The translations under genes and the position numbers were made by a program. Of a DNA stretch of 64,000 nucleotides, positions 26,714-38,349 are shown one piece after another. The notes under the pieces are model-generated. The model made no database searches and was not told where the DNA came from. It saw only the letters and a list, made by a program, of their open reading frames with translations. Location: positions 2,272,001 to 2,336,000 of the forward strand of contig OZ219754.1 in NCBI GenBank assembly GCA_964291295.2, given 5' to 3'. How positions within the stretch are numbered: the stretch's first letter is position 1; every line of letters starts with the position of its first letter. The DNA is from an uncultured Candidatus Binatia bacterium. GTDB lineage: Bacteria > Desulfobacterota > Binatia > UBA9968 > JAJDTQ01.

Positions 26714-28210
26714 GTGGCCCAGGCGGGCAGCGCCGGTTTCACCGGTTCCGGCCGACACATCGTCGAGGAAGACGAGATCAAGCTCACCAGCGTGGGCGTG
26801 GATATCGGCTCGTCCACGTCCCATCTGGTGTTCTCGCGTCTCGAACTGAGCCAGGAAGGCACCCGCTACGTTGTCAGGAAGCGCACGGTGCTGAGCGAAT
26901 CGGAGATCCTGCTCACCCCCTACACCGACGATCTGACCATCGACACGGAGCGCCTGGGACGCTTCATCAATGCGCAGTACCAGCGCGCCGGGCTCAAGCG
27001 GGAGGATGTCGATACCGGCGCGCTGATCCTCACCGGCGTGGCGGTGCGGCGGCGCAACTCCCGGGCCATCGCCGAGTTGTTTGCCGAGGAGGCGGGCCGC
27101 TTCGTCTCGGTCACCGCCGGCGACGGACTCGAGACCACCATGGCGGCCCACGGTTCCGGGGCGGTGGCCCGCTCCGGTCGGGAAGACGCGGTGGTGCTGA
27201 ACATCGACGTGGGCGGCGGCACCAGCAAGATCGCGGTGTGCGCCGGCGGCAGGGTGCGCGAGGTCACGGCCATGGACGTGGGCGCGCGGCTGGTGGCCCT
27301 GGACGACGCCAATGCGGTGGTGCGGGTGGAAGAGGCCGGGCGGCGCCACGGCGGCGCGGTCGGCGTCGAACTGGAGCTTGGCCGGTGTCTGAGCGAGGAC
27401 GCCCTCCGGGCCATGGCCGCGGAGATGGCCGACCGCCTGTTCGAGGTGATCCACCGGCGGGAACTCGCCCCGGAGACCCGGGAACTGTTGCGGCTGCCGC
27501 CGCTGGCCTACCGGGGCGGGATCGATGCCGTCACCTTCTCGGGCGGCGTGTCCGAGTTCATCTACGGCCACGCCGGCAACGGCTTCGGCGACATGGGCGC
27601 GGTCCTGGGCCGGGAGCTGCGCCAGCGGGTGGAAGGGCTGGGGATACCCATTCTCGAGCCGGCGGCGCGTATCCGGGCCACCGTCATCGGCGCGTCGCAG
27701 TACACCATCCAGGTGAGCGGCAGCACCATCTTCATCGCACCGCCGGACGCGGTGCCGGTCCGGAACGTTCCGGTGGTGCGCGTCGACTTCGAGTGGGGCG
27801 ACGTCATCGACGGGGCGAAGGTTGCCGGCGCCATCGACCATGCGCTGCGGCGGCTGGACCTTCAGACGGGCCGCCAGCCCGCGGCGCTGGCATTCCACTG
27901 GGACGGCTCGGCCACGTTCGCGCGCCTGCAGGCCTTCTGCGGTGCGGTGGCGGCGGGCCTCAGGCCGGTGCTGGACAACGGACACCCGCTCGTGCTGGTC
28001 AACGACGGCGACATCGGCGGCATCCTCGGCCTCCATTTCAAGGAGGAGATGCAGCTCGATACGTCGATCATTTCGGTGGACGGCATCGCGCTGCAGGAGT
28101 TCGACTACATCGACGTGGGCGCGCTGATCCCGTCGTCGGGGGCTGTGCCCGTGGTCATCAAGTCGCTGGTGTTTCCCAACGCGGAACAGAACGCGGCCAT
28201 CCGCTCGTAG
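26714..28210 (+). CDS. eutA: EutA-like reactivating factor (ASKHA ATPase fold)
   Basis: SVGVDIGSSTSHLVFSRL, DTGALILTG, AG.GLE..MAAHGSGA, NIDVGGGTSK, IRATVIGASQYT.QVSGSTI, VPVVIKSLVF. Confidence 0.85.
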   Translation: MAQAGSAGFTGSGRHIVEEDEIKLTSVGVDIGSSTSHLVFSRLELSQEGTRYVVRKRTVLSESEILLTPYTDDLTIDTERLGRFINAQYQRAGLKREDVDTGALILTGVAVRRRNSRAIAELFAEEAGRFVSVTAGDGLETTMAAHGSGAVARSGREDAVVLNIDVGGGTSKIAVCAGGRVREVTAMDVGARLVALDDANAVVRVEEAGRRHGGAVGVELELGRCLSEDALRAMAAEMADRLFEVIHRRELAPETRELLRLPPLAYRGGIDAVTFSGGVSEFIYGHAGNGFGDMGAVLGRELRQRVEGLGIPILEPAARIRATVIGASQYTIQVSGSTIFIAPPDAVPVRNVPVVRVDFEWGDVIDGAKVAGAIDHALRRLDLQTGRQPAALAFHWDGSATFARLQAFCGAVAAGLRPVLDNGHPLVLVNDGDIGGILGLHFKEEMQLDTSIISVDGIALQEFDYIDVGALIPSSGAVPVVIKSLVFPNAEQNAAIRS

Positions 28211-28276
28211 CTCCCGTCCGCCCGCACGGCCCGTCGAGGCTTGCGTCCGGGTGCGGTTGGAAGTAGAAGACGGTTC

Positions 28277-29662
<1,386 letters not shown>

Positions 29663-31512
29663 AGCGAAGCCAGCCTGGCGTACAGGCCGCCGCCGCTCAT
29701 CAGCGCCTCGTGGGTGCCGGTGGCCGCGATACGGCCCTGGTCGATGACCACGATGCGGTGGGCCTTGAGCACGGTGGCCAGGCGATGGGCGATGATCACG
29801 GTGGTGCGGTTGGCCATGAGGCGCTCCAGGGCCTGGTGCACCAGGTGTTCGCTTTCCGCGTCCAGGGAACTGGTGGCCTCGTCCAGGAGCATGACGGCCG
29901 GATCCCTCAGGATGGCGCGGGCGACGGCGATGCGTTGCCGCTGGCCGACGGAGAGGCGCAGGCCCTTCTCGCCGAGAAAGGTGTCGTAGCGCTGCGGCAG
30001 CCCCTGGATGAAGTCGTCGGCAAAGGCGGCCCGGGCCGCCGCCGCCACCTCGGCGTCCGTGGCCTCGGGGCGGCCGTAGCGGATGTTCTCCCGGGCGCTG
30101 GCGGCGAATATCACCGTTTCCTGGGGGACCAGGCCGATGCGCCGCCGCACCGCCCCGGGGTCGGCCTCCCGCAGGTCCACGCCGTCCAGCCGGATGGCGC
30201 CCCGGCCCGGGTCATAGAACCGCAGCAGCAGCTTGAACACGGTGCTCTTGCCGGCTCCCGACGGACCCACCAGCGCCACGGTCTCACCGGGCCGTATGGC
30301 CAGGGTGAAGCCGTGCAGTGCGTGCGCGTCGGGCCGGGAAGGGTACTGGAACTCCACGTCATCGAGTTCGACGCGGCCCTCTGCGGGTACCGGCAGCCGT
30401 CGGGGCGCGGCGGGCGGGGCAATGGCGGGGCGCGCGTCCAACAGCTCCAACAATCGCTCGGCGGCACCGGCCGCCCGCTGCACTTCGCCCCAGACCTGGC
30501 TCAGGCTCGCGGCCGAACCCGCCACGAAGATCGCGTAGAACACGAACTGGATCAGCACGCCGGCGGACATGCGGCCGCTCAGCACCGCTTCCGCCCCCAG
30601 CCACAGTACCCCCACCACACCGCCGAACATCAGCGCGATCACGAGGAAGATGAGCAGGGCGCGGTTGCGGACTCTCACCAGCGCGGTGTGGCAGGCGGCC
30701 TCGGCGGCGGCACCGAAGCGTTCTCTTTCGCTGTGTTCCTGGGTGAAGGCCTGCACCGTCTCCACCGCATGGAGGTTCTCGCCCGCAAGCGCGCTGGTGT
30801 CGGCCACCCGGTCCTGGCTCAGCCGGGACAGCCGCCGCACCCGCCGGCCCAGCACGAGAATCGGCAACAGGACCAGCGGGATCAGCACCATGACGGCGCC
30901 CATGAGCTGCGGGCTGGTGACGATCAGCATGATCAGGCCGCCCGCGAAGATCAGCAGGTTGCGCAACGCCATGGAGGCACCAGAGCCGATCACCGTCTGG
31001 ATCAACGTGGTGTCGGTGGTCAGACGCGAAAGGATCTCGCCGGTGCGGGTGATCTCGAAGAACGTGGGGTTCATGTCCAGCACATGGCCGTGGATCCGCT
31101 TGCGGATGTCGGCCACCACCCGTTCGCCGATCCTGGCAACGAAATAGAAGCGGCTGGCGGAGGCCGCGGCCAGGACGGCGATGACTCCCAGGAGCAACTG
31201 GAAACGCTGGCTGATCAGTTCGCGGTTCTCTTCGGTGAAACCGGTTTCCAGTATCTGACGGGCGGCGATGGGCAGGATGAGCGTGGCCGCAGCGGCCGTC
31301 AGGAGGGACAGTGCCGCCAGCACCAGCAGGACCGGGTAGGGCCTCAGAAAGGCGGCAAGCCGGCGCAGCGGCCGCACATTGCGGCTGGCAGGTCGAGAAT
31401 CGGAAACGTTGGCTGGCGCTTGCATCGGCGGCGGGCCCGCTCGTTCCACTCCATGCGAAAACGGGCGCCACCGCGTGGCAGTGGCGCCCGTTCCCGGCGT
31501 CGGACCCGGTTT

Positions 31513-32970
31513 CTATACGTTGACCACCACCACGCCCTTGGGCTCCAGGTAGTAGTCCAGCGCCTCGGGCCCGTGCTCGCGCCCCACGCCGCTGGACTTG
31601 ACACCGCCGAAGGGCAGCTCGTCGTAGCCGTAGTGGAGCGAATTGACCCACACATTGCCCGCCTCGAGCTTGTCGATGGCCTTGTTGGCGTATCCCATTT
31701 GGCTCGTCCAGATGGACGAGCCCAGGCCGAACTCCGAAGCGTTGGCGCGTTCGATGGCCTCGTCCAGGTCCTTGAACGTGAACACCGGCAGGGCCGGCCC
31801 GAAACACTCCTCGGTGGCGATGCGGGCGTCGTCCGGCACGTCCGTGAGCAGCGTCGGCAGGTAGAAGTGGCCGTTCCTGAACGCGTCGCCCTCGGGTCGG
31901 GCGCCGCCCGCCACCGCCTTGGCCCCGCGGGCCCGGGCGTCCTCCACCTGCTCCTCCACCTCGGTGCGCTGGTAGTCCACGTGGAGCGGCCCCATGCGGC
32001 TCTCCTTGTTCATGCCGTCGCCCACGGTCTTCTTCCGCAGGCCCGCCGCCAGCTTGCCGACGAAGTCCTCGGCAATGGACTCGTGGACGAACAGGCGTTT
32101 CACGCCCAGGCACATCTGGCCGCAGTTGAAGTACCGCCCGATGTCCGCCATCTTCACCGCCATGTCGACGTTGGCATCCTCCATGACGATCATGGGGTCG
32201 CTGCCGCCGAGTTCCAGGGTGACGCGCTTGATCTCCCTGCCGGCCACCTCCATGACGTGGCGCCCGACGGGAGTGGAGCCGGTGAAGGCGATGCGGCGGA
32301 TGCGGGGGTTGCCCAGCAGCTCCTCGCCCACCGTGCCGCCCGGTCCGCTGACCAGGTTCACCGTGCCCGCGGGCAGGCGCTTCTTGCCGCCGGCGTAGGT
32401 GGCCCGGGCGATCAGCTCCAGGCACAGCGCCGTGGCCAGCGGCGTGGTGGTGGCGGGCTTGACGATGACGGTGTTGCCGGCCGCCAGCGCCGGACCCACC
32501 TTGGTGCCCATGAGCGTCAACGGGAAGTTCCACGGCACGATGGCGCCGCACACGCCGATGGGTTGCCGCACCACCATGCCGTAGGCGTTCTTCTGGGGCA
32601 GCGGCACATGGGAGCCCCGCACCTTGGAGGCCAGCCCGGCGTAGAACTCCAGGCCGTGGATCAGGTGATGGATCTCGAGCCCCGCCTCGAACAGCGTCTT
32701 TCCCTGCTCCTGGGTCAGCAGCCGGGCGATGTCCTTGCTGTGTTCCTGGATGAGTGCGCAGGCACTCTCCAGCGCCTTGCCACGGTCCTCGGGAGTGGTG
32801 TCGGACCATTCCCCGAAGGCCGTCTCCGCCGCCGCCACCGCTTGCCGGACGTCCTCTTCGGAACCCTTGGCGGCGTGGTCCACCACTTGGCCGGTGGCCG
32901 GATTGCGCACTTCGTAGACTTCCTTCTTCACGGCGTCGACGAGTTCGCCGCCGATCAACAGCTTGGACAT
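31513..32970 (-). CDS. NAD(P)-dependent aldehyde dehydrogenase
   Basis: PWNFP, FTGSTPVG, TLELGG, NCGQMC, EECFGP, PFGGVKSSG; ggagg RBS before MSKLLIGG. Confidence 0.95.
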   Translation of the reverse strand: MSKLLIGGELVDAVKKEVYEVRNPATGQVVDHAAKGSEEDVRQAVAAAETAFGEWSDTTPEDRGKALESACALIQEHSKDIARLLTQEQGKTLFEAGLEIHHLIHGLEFYAGLASKVRGSHVPLPQKNAYGMVVRQPIGVCGAIVPWNFPLTLMGTKVGPALAAGNTVIVKPATTTPLATALCLELIARATYAGGKKRLPAGTVNLVSGPGGTVGEELLGNPRIRRIAFTGSTPVGRHVMEVAGREIKRVTLELGGSDPMIVMEDANVDMAVKMADIGRYFNCGQMCLGVKRLFVHESIAEDFVGKLAAGLRKKTVGDGMNKESRMGPLHVDYQRTEVEEQVEDARARGAKAVAGGARPEGDAFRNGHFYLPTLLTDVPDDARIATEECFGPALPVFTFKDLDEAIERANASEFGLGSSIWTSQMGYANKAIDKLEAGNVWVNSLHYGYDELPFGGVKSSGVGREHGPEALDYYLEPKGVVVVNV

Positions 32971-33027
32971 TCGATACCTCCGGATGGTGCGCCGCGGGCG
33001 ACCGACGGGCGGCGCCGTGGTTGTCAT

Positions 33028-33816
33028 CTACTGACCCGTGAACCGGGCGGTCCGTTTCTCCAGGTAGGCGGTTACGCCCTCGTTGCCGTCATCGCTGGCG
33101 AAGGTCTGGGTCAGCACCTCCCGCTCGAACGCCAGACCCTCCGGCAGCGAGCTCTCGACGCCGCTGTGGACGGCGCGCTTGATCTTGCCCACGGCCATGC
33201 TGGCCTTGTTGGGCGGGACGAACTGTCTGGCGTAGTCCATGACGTCCTGCATGAAGGTGTCGCGCTCATAGACGTAATGAAGGAGACCCATGTCCAGGGC
33301 CTCCTCGAAAGCCACCTGCCTGCCGGTGGCGCAGAGTTCAAGAGCCTTGGCACGGCCCACCAGGCGCGGCAGGCGCTGTGTCCCGCCCATGCCCGGCATG
33401 ACCCCGAGGTTCACCTCGGCCAGACCCACGCGGCCGCCGTCCTTCTTGCCCACTCGGATATCCGCAGCCATGGCGATCTCGAGCCCGCCCCCGACGGCAT
33501 GGCCATTGAGCGCGGCGATGACCAGCTTGGGGGTGTTCTCCATGCGCATCAGCACCTCGTGGCCGTGGAGCGCGAAGTTGGCCTTGTAGGACAGGGGCCG
33601 GGTTCCCAGCATGTTGATGTCGGCACCGGCCGAAAAGAACTTGTCTCCCTTGCCGGTAATCACGATGACGTGGGTGTCGTCATCGAAACGCGCCTTGAGC
33701 AGCGCGTCGTCGAGTTCCCGCAACATCTCGTGGGTGTAGGAGTTGACCGGCGGGTGGTTCAACTCGATCAGGGAGATGCCGTCTTCTGTTTTCTGGTCAA
33801 CGGTGCCGTCTGCCAT
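33028..33816 (-). CDS. Enoyl-CoA hydratase/isomerase (crotonase) family protein
   Basis: FFSAGADI, NGHAVGGGLEIAMAADIR, AEVNLGVMPGMGGTQRLPRLVG. Confidence 0.93.
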   Translation of the reverse strand: MADGTVDQKTEDGISLIELNHPPVNSYTHEMLRELDDALLKARFDDDTHVIVITGKGDKFFSAGADINMLGTRPLSYKANFALHGHEVLMRMENTPKLVIAALNGHAVGGGLEIAMAADIRVGKKDGGRVGLAEVNLGVMPGMGGTQRLPRLVGRAKALELCATGRQVAFEEALDMGLLHYVYERDTFMQDVMDYARQFVPPNKASMAVGKIKRAVHSGVESSLPEGLAFEREVLTQTFASDDGNEGVTAYLEKRTARFTGQ

Positions 33817-33970
33817 GTCTGCCTCCTGGGAAAGTGCTTGTTGAAAAAGGGTTGCCTGAAAGATCGTGTCGCACCACCCGCGCCGCTGCGCCGGCCGCAC
33901 CGCGAATGCGGCTCTGCCGTCCCGTCATGCCGGATTCGAGTCGAAAGGGGATACCCGGAGCACTGGGACA

Positions 33971-34000
33971 CTTGGTTGAGACGCTCTTGGTTGAGACGCT
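33971..34000. repeat. 15-bp tandem duplication followed by several TCACGG motifs in a divergent intergenic region
   Basis: cttggttgagacgct x2; tcacg(g) recurs about five times between 34008 and 34083. Confidence 0.6.
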
Positions 34001-34273
34001 TCGAAAGTCACGGGTCACGGAACAGGTCACGGAAATAATCGATCACGCCGCATGGATCACGGAGTACGGACTGCGGATCACGGGTCGCGGAGCGGGGGCC
34101 GCGTCCGGTTCGCCGATCCAGGTGATTCAAGTGAATTAGCCGCCGGAGCCGGACAAGTCAACCGATGGCGGCGGCGCCCGCCCGGGGAGACTCCGTCCGG
34201 CGGCGGCCGCCGGTACTCGCGGATCCCGGGTGTTTCGTTGGAAAAACCGCTTCCGTATGGCAAGAGTGTCGGG

Positions 34274-35443
34274 ATGGACAGACGACACACGCGGCGGAAG
34301 ACCATTCGAAGCGGCCTGGAAGGGCTCCGCAGCCGGGGCCTGGAGACGGAATCGCCGGACGCCGCCATGGTGGCGCCGCTGGTGGAGCGGTTCGGCGCCG
34401 ACCCCGGGGAGTCCCTCGCGGTGGTCTATCTGCTGGGCCGCGTCCGGGACGCCGCCTCGGTGCAGGCGCTCAAGTCCCTTGAGGGCCGCGCCGGGAACCG
34501 GGAAATCCGCCGGGAGATTCGCCGGTCGCTGTTCAAGCTGGCTCAGGAGGGTCTGGTGGCCGCCGGGTCCGGGGAATCGGAGGCGGGGACGGCCGGGGTT
34601 CGCTTCCGTCTTGCGCCGGAGATCGAAGGATACCTGTCGCCGGTGACCAGCGGCGGCTTGCGGCTGGTGATCCTGGCCCGGCCGCAACCTGGCGGATTGT
34701 GGGTCATGCGTGCCTCGGTCAGTGACCGGCGCGGCCTCCAATTGTTCTCGGGCAACCTGCTCCGCCGCGGGGAACTCCGGCAACTGATGGAGGAGTTCAA
34801 GGCCCGGCTCGGAGTCTCCATGACCCCGGTGCCCTGGGAATACGCCGACTGGCTGATGCACGACGCCTGGGGGAAGGTGGCCGATTCTCCGGCAGAGGGT
34901 GTGGCGGACTACCCCCGGCTCAGGACCCGGCTGACGGCCGCCCGGCCGGTGCCGCGGGCTCATCCCGTCTTCGATCGGGTGGACGCGGACACAATCGATG
35001 CCACCGGTTTGTCCGAGACCCCGGAAAAGCTTCTGGAGGAGACCGGGCTCCTCAGCTGGTCCGTGGAGCGCGACCTGATGGAACCCTTCATGGAACGCCT
35101 TGAGGGGATCGAGCAGAGCCGCATCGTGCTCAATCCGATGCAGAAAGAGGAACGGTTTCGCAGTATCGTTCGGGGAGTCGTCCAGGACCTCTTCCTGGAT
35201 CCGGAGTTGCGTCCGATCTTCGCGGGTCGCTTCGAGGACGCGGCCCTTCACCTGCAAGTGTCCGGCGAGGAAGAAAAGGCGAGGGCGGTTCTCGGCATCG
35301 CCCTGGCCATTCGCCGGGGCGACTTGGGGAGCCTGGGGGTTCCGCTGCTGGAAGCCATGGTGATGCGGAGCTTCGTTCTGTACAAGGGTTGGCAGGACGA
35401 GAAGAAGGCGGACGAAGAGCCCTCCCTCATCGTGAAGCCGTAG
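34274..35443 (+). CDS. Hypothetical alpha-helical protein
   Basis: Long ORF with host-like codon usage and HEAT-like LGRVRDAASVQAL...REIRRSLFKL; no family recognised. Confidence 0.7.
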   Translation: MDRRHTRRKTIRSGLEGLRSRGLETESPDAAMVAPLVERFGADPGESLAVVYLLGRVRDAASVQALKSLEGRAGNREIRREIRRSLFKLAQEGLVAAGSGESEAGTAGVRFRLAPEIEGYLSPVTSGGLRLVILARPQPGGLWVMRASVSDRRGLQLFSGNLLRRGELRQLMEEFKARLGVSMTPVPWEYADWLMHDAWGKVADSPAEGVADYPRLRTRLTAARPVPRAHPVFDRVDADTIDATGLSETPEKLLEETGLLSWSVERDLMEPFMERLEGIEQSRIVLNPMQKEERFRSIVRGVVQDLFLDPELRPIFAGRFEDAALHLQVSGEEEKARAVLGIALAIRRGDLGSLGVPLLEAMVMRSFVLYKGWQDEKKADEEPSLIVKP

Positions 35444-35449
35444 CCGGCT

Positions 35450-35842
35450 TCAATCCGGCAGCACGGCGATGGCCTCGATCTCCACCAGGAACTCGGGTCT
35501 GGCCAGGCCGCTGACCACCACCAGGGTGCTGGCGGGCGGGTCGGTGCTGAAGTACTTGAGACGGGCCGGGCTCAGGTCGTCCCGACAACGCGGGTCGGTG
35601 ATGTAGGTGGTGATCTTGACGATGTCGGCGAACTCGGCGCCGGCCTCGTCGAGAACCGCCTTCATGTTCTTGAGTACCTGCTCGGCCTGCACCTTGGCGT
35701 CCCCCTTGCCGACGATGTTGCCGCCGGCGTCCACCGCGGTCTGGCCGGCGATGAAGAGCAGGCGCTTTCCCTCGGCCAGAATACCCTGCGAGTAACGCGG
35801 CCGGGGATCGGGAATCGTCTGGGGCTGAAGCTCTTTTTTCAT
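35450..35842 (-). CDS. RidA/YjgF family protein
   Basis: YSQG, LFIAGQ, Q.EQVLKN, PPASTLV.VSGL..PEFLVEIEAIA. Confidence 0.92.
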   Translation of the reverse strand: MKKELQPQTIPDPRPRYSQGILAEGKRLLFIAGQTAVDAGGNIVGKGDAKVQAEQVLKNMKAVLDEAGAEFADIVKITTYITDPRCRDDLSPARLKYFSTDPPASTLVVVSGLARPEFLVEIEAIAVLPD

Positions 35843-35874
35843 GATCTCCTCCCGGGCTGGGCGGTGCCAGCGGA

Positions 35875-38349
35875 CTATCGGTAAAGGCGCGGGTCGTCCA
35901 CGGACGATTTCGGCTCACGGATCTGGGGCGTGAGGGACGGCAGGCCCGGTCGGCCGCGCAGCATGAAGTCCACCGGGATGAAGTCCTTCAGCAACGGTAT
36001 GGGCATGCGCACGCCGGCGTAGGGGCTCACCGAGTCGGTCCCCACCACCAGATCCTCCGCCGGGAACGACTCCGGTGCGTCCGCGCGTACGCTGACCCCC
36101 GAGGCGGTGACGCTGCCGCGCATTGTGGGCAGCCCGAGGGCCCGCTGGGGATCGGTTTCCCTGGCGCTCAGGAGCCGATGGTCCAGGATCGGCGAATCCT
36201 TGTCCTCCGGCTGGCCGGTACGCCGGATGGACCGAAGGCCGCTGTCGCCGTCGTCACCCGCCTCCACCTTCAGCAGTCGGGTCGGGAAGTCCCCCAGGAG
36301 GCCGTCGGCCCCGGCCGGGTCGGGTTCGTTGGCGTTCAGCGCCGCCAGCTCGTAGTGCTTCTCGCGCAGCAGCGTTTCCAGATTCTCGATGCGTTCCTCG
36401 GCCACCGGATAGCTGCGGCTGCGCACGCCCCACGGGGTGTCGTAGTGCAACATCAGCGCATGGCGGCCCAGCACATTGATGCCGTCGTCGGCCAGCTCCA
36501 TGTTGTCGGATCTGCCGTCCAGCAGCACGGCCTTGAGGCCGAGGCCGGCAGGCCCGTGGAGTCCCGGGTTGTCGGTGAGGAACTGCTTGCTGAGCCGGAG
36601 TCCCCGGTTCTTCATGGCCACCCGCTGCGCCAGCAGACCCTGGGCCTTTCGGCCCGCCGGCGTCTCCGGATAGTGCTGGACGATGGCGGCGTACAGGGTT
36701 CGTTGCCGCGCTTCGGATTCGGTGGTTTCGGCGGCCTTCAGCAGCGCGCGGCCGGCTTTTTCCTCCAGCTCCCGCATCTCGTCCGCCGACAACCGGCCGG
36801 ACAGCCGGTGGTAGTACAGCGCCTTGTGGAAGTGGCCCTTGTCCTCGAAGGCCTTACCCAGTGTCTGGTAGACATCGCCGGTTTCTTCGGAGTCCGACCG
36901 GAAACGCACATGGCGGGCGGCGGCGTCCATGATCGCCTGATCCGACACCGGATTGCCGCTGAGAACCTCCAGCAGATTGCTGCTCACCATCAGTATATTC
37001 GCGGCGCCGAGGGTGGTCGCTCCGGCGATGCCGTGGGTGATCAGGGGCGCCGTTCCGATGAGCACGTTCTTCTCAAGAAAGTTTCGCCCGAGCATCACGA
37101 ACTGCACCTGCTCCAGGCGGTATCGCGCACGGGCGCGGTCCAGGACTCCCAGGAGATCGTACTCCGGGCTGTCCAGCAGGATCCGGGCGCGCCGCCGCTG
37201 GCGCTCGGACGAACCGGTGCGGGCGATCTCGCCGAGGGTGCGCTTGGCCTCGGCGTGGCGGCCGCTCATCTCCTGGGCCACGGCACGGGCGTCCTTGGCT
37301 AGGGTGCCCAGGGGCGCGCCGGCGTATCGACGCTCCATGGCGCGGGCCTGTTCCTCGGCCGCGGCGGCGTCCCCCTTGACCAGCGCGTGGAGCAGTGCGC
37401 GGATGTCCCTCGACTGCGGCGGCGCCGCGTTGGCGAGGCTGTCGGTGGCGGCTGCCGCGAGCTGCCGTCGCCGGGTCTCCCGGCGGGCTGCCCGGGCCGA
37501 CGCGATTTCCGCGAGCCGCTCTCTCACGCTGCCGGCGTCGGGATCCACGGCGTCAGCCAGCTCGGCGTGAAACGCCGCCTCCTCAAGGCGCTCCCGGTCC
37601 AGCGCCTGGCCGGCTCGCTTTACGTGCCCGTGAATCCAGAGCTGCTTTCGATCCGCCTCCAGGGCGGCCACCTTGGCGGCCACCTCGGGGCTTTGCGGGT
37701 CGTCCGGAAAACGGTCGACGAAGCGCTTGTAGAGGGCCAGGGCCTTGCGCTCGGCCTCGGGCATGCGCGGTGCGCGCGTGCGCTGCACCTCCGTGAACGC
37801 CGTTTCCACCGCCGCCGTGACATGGGAGCCCGACGCCAGCCCTATCAGATCCACGGAGGCGAGCAGCCGGTTCAGAAGCGCGTTCCAGCGCCCGATGCGG
37901 TGCTCGGCCACCAGCGACTCGGCCTGTTCCAGTTCGTCCTGCCGCAGGCGCGCGCGGATCAACTCCCGCGCCGCCCCGGGCGGGGCCGCGGCCAGGGCCT
38001 TTTGCTGTGCCTCGCGGTATGTTTCCCGGTCGGACAGGTTGCTCTGGTGCAGGTCTCTCACGTGGTGGGTCAGTCCGCTCGCGTGGCCGCCGTCCGCCAC
38101 CCGTTGCCGGTCCTGGTCCTCGAAGTAACGCACATGCCCTCGGAGCCGGTCGGTGCGTCGGGTCAGGGCGTCCACGATGGCCGTGCGCACGCGCCGCTCC
38201 ATCTCGTCGGGAAAGTACCGCTCGGCCGTCGCCGGCGGGACGAAGGGATCGAAGCCATGCAAGGGGTCCAGCATCCGCGGGTGCGGCGTGCCGGCCGCCG
38301 CGGCCACCGGCACCAGGAGCAGGCAGAGCAGCCACGCGCCGGTCTTCAT
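35875..38349 (-). CDS. Exported hypothetical protein with TPR-like helical repeats
   Basis: Signal peptide MKTGAWLLCLLLVPVAAAA; YKRFVDRFPDDP and IVQHYPETPAGRKA TPR-like motifs. Confidence 0.75.
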   Translation of the reverse strand: MKTGAWLLCLLLVPVAAAAGTPHPRMLDPLHGFDPFVPPATAERYFPDEMERRVRTAIVDALTRRTDRLRGHVRYFEDQDRQRVADGGHASGLTHHVRDLHQSNLSDRETYREAQQKALAAAPPGAARELIRARLRQDELEQAESLVAEHRIGRWNALLNRLLASVDLIGLASGSHVTAAVETAFTEVQRTRAPRMPEAERKALALYKRFVDRFPDDPQSPEVAAKVAALEADRKQLWIHGHVKRAGQALDRERLEEAAFHAELADAVDPDAGSVRERLAEIASARAARRETRRRQLAAAATDSLANAAPPQSRDIRALLHALVKGDAAAAEEQARAMERRYAGAPLGTLAKDARAVAQEMSGRHAEAKRTLGEIARTGSSERQRRRARILLDSPEYDLLGVLDRARARYRLEQVQFVMLGRNFLEKNVLIGTAPLITHGIAGATTLGAANILMVSSNLLEVLSGNPVSDQAIMDAAARHVRFRSDSEETGDVYQTLGKAFEDKGHFHKALYYHRLSGRLSADEMRELEEKAGRALLKAAETTESEARQRTLYAAIVQHYPETPAGRKAQGLLAQRVAMKNRGLRLSKQFLTDNPGLHGPAGLGLKAVLLDGRSDNMELADDGINVLGRHALMLHYDTPWGVRSRSYPVAEERIENLETLLREKHYELAALNANEPDPAGADGLLGDFPTRLLKVEAGDDGDSGLRSIRRTGQPEDKDSPILDHRLLSARETDPQRALGLPTMRGSVTASGVSVRADAPESFPAEDLVVGTDSVSPYAGVRMPIPLLKDFIPVDFMLRGRPGLPSLTPQIREPKSSVDDPRLYR

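Noticed and set aside
29710-34038. 1442-aa plus-strand ORF
   Set aside because: Antisense shadow of the ABC exporter, ALDH and crotonase genes; typical of high-GC DNA, no motifs of its own.
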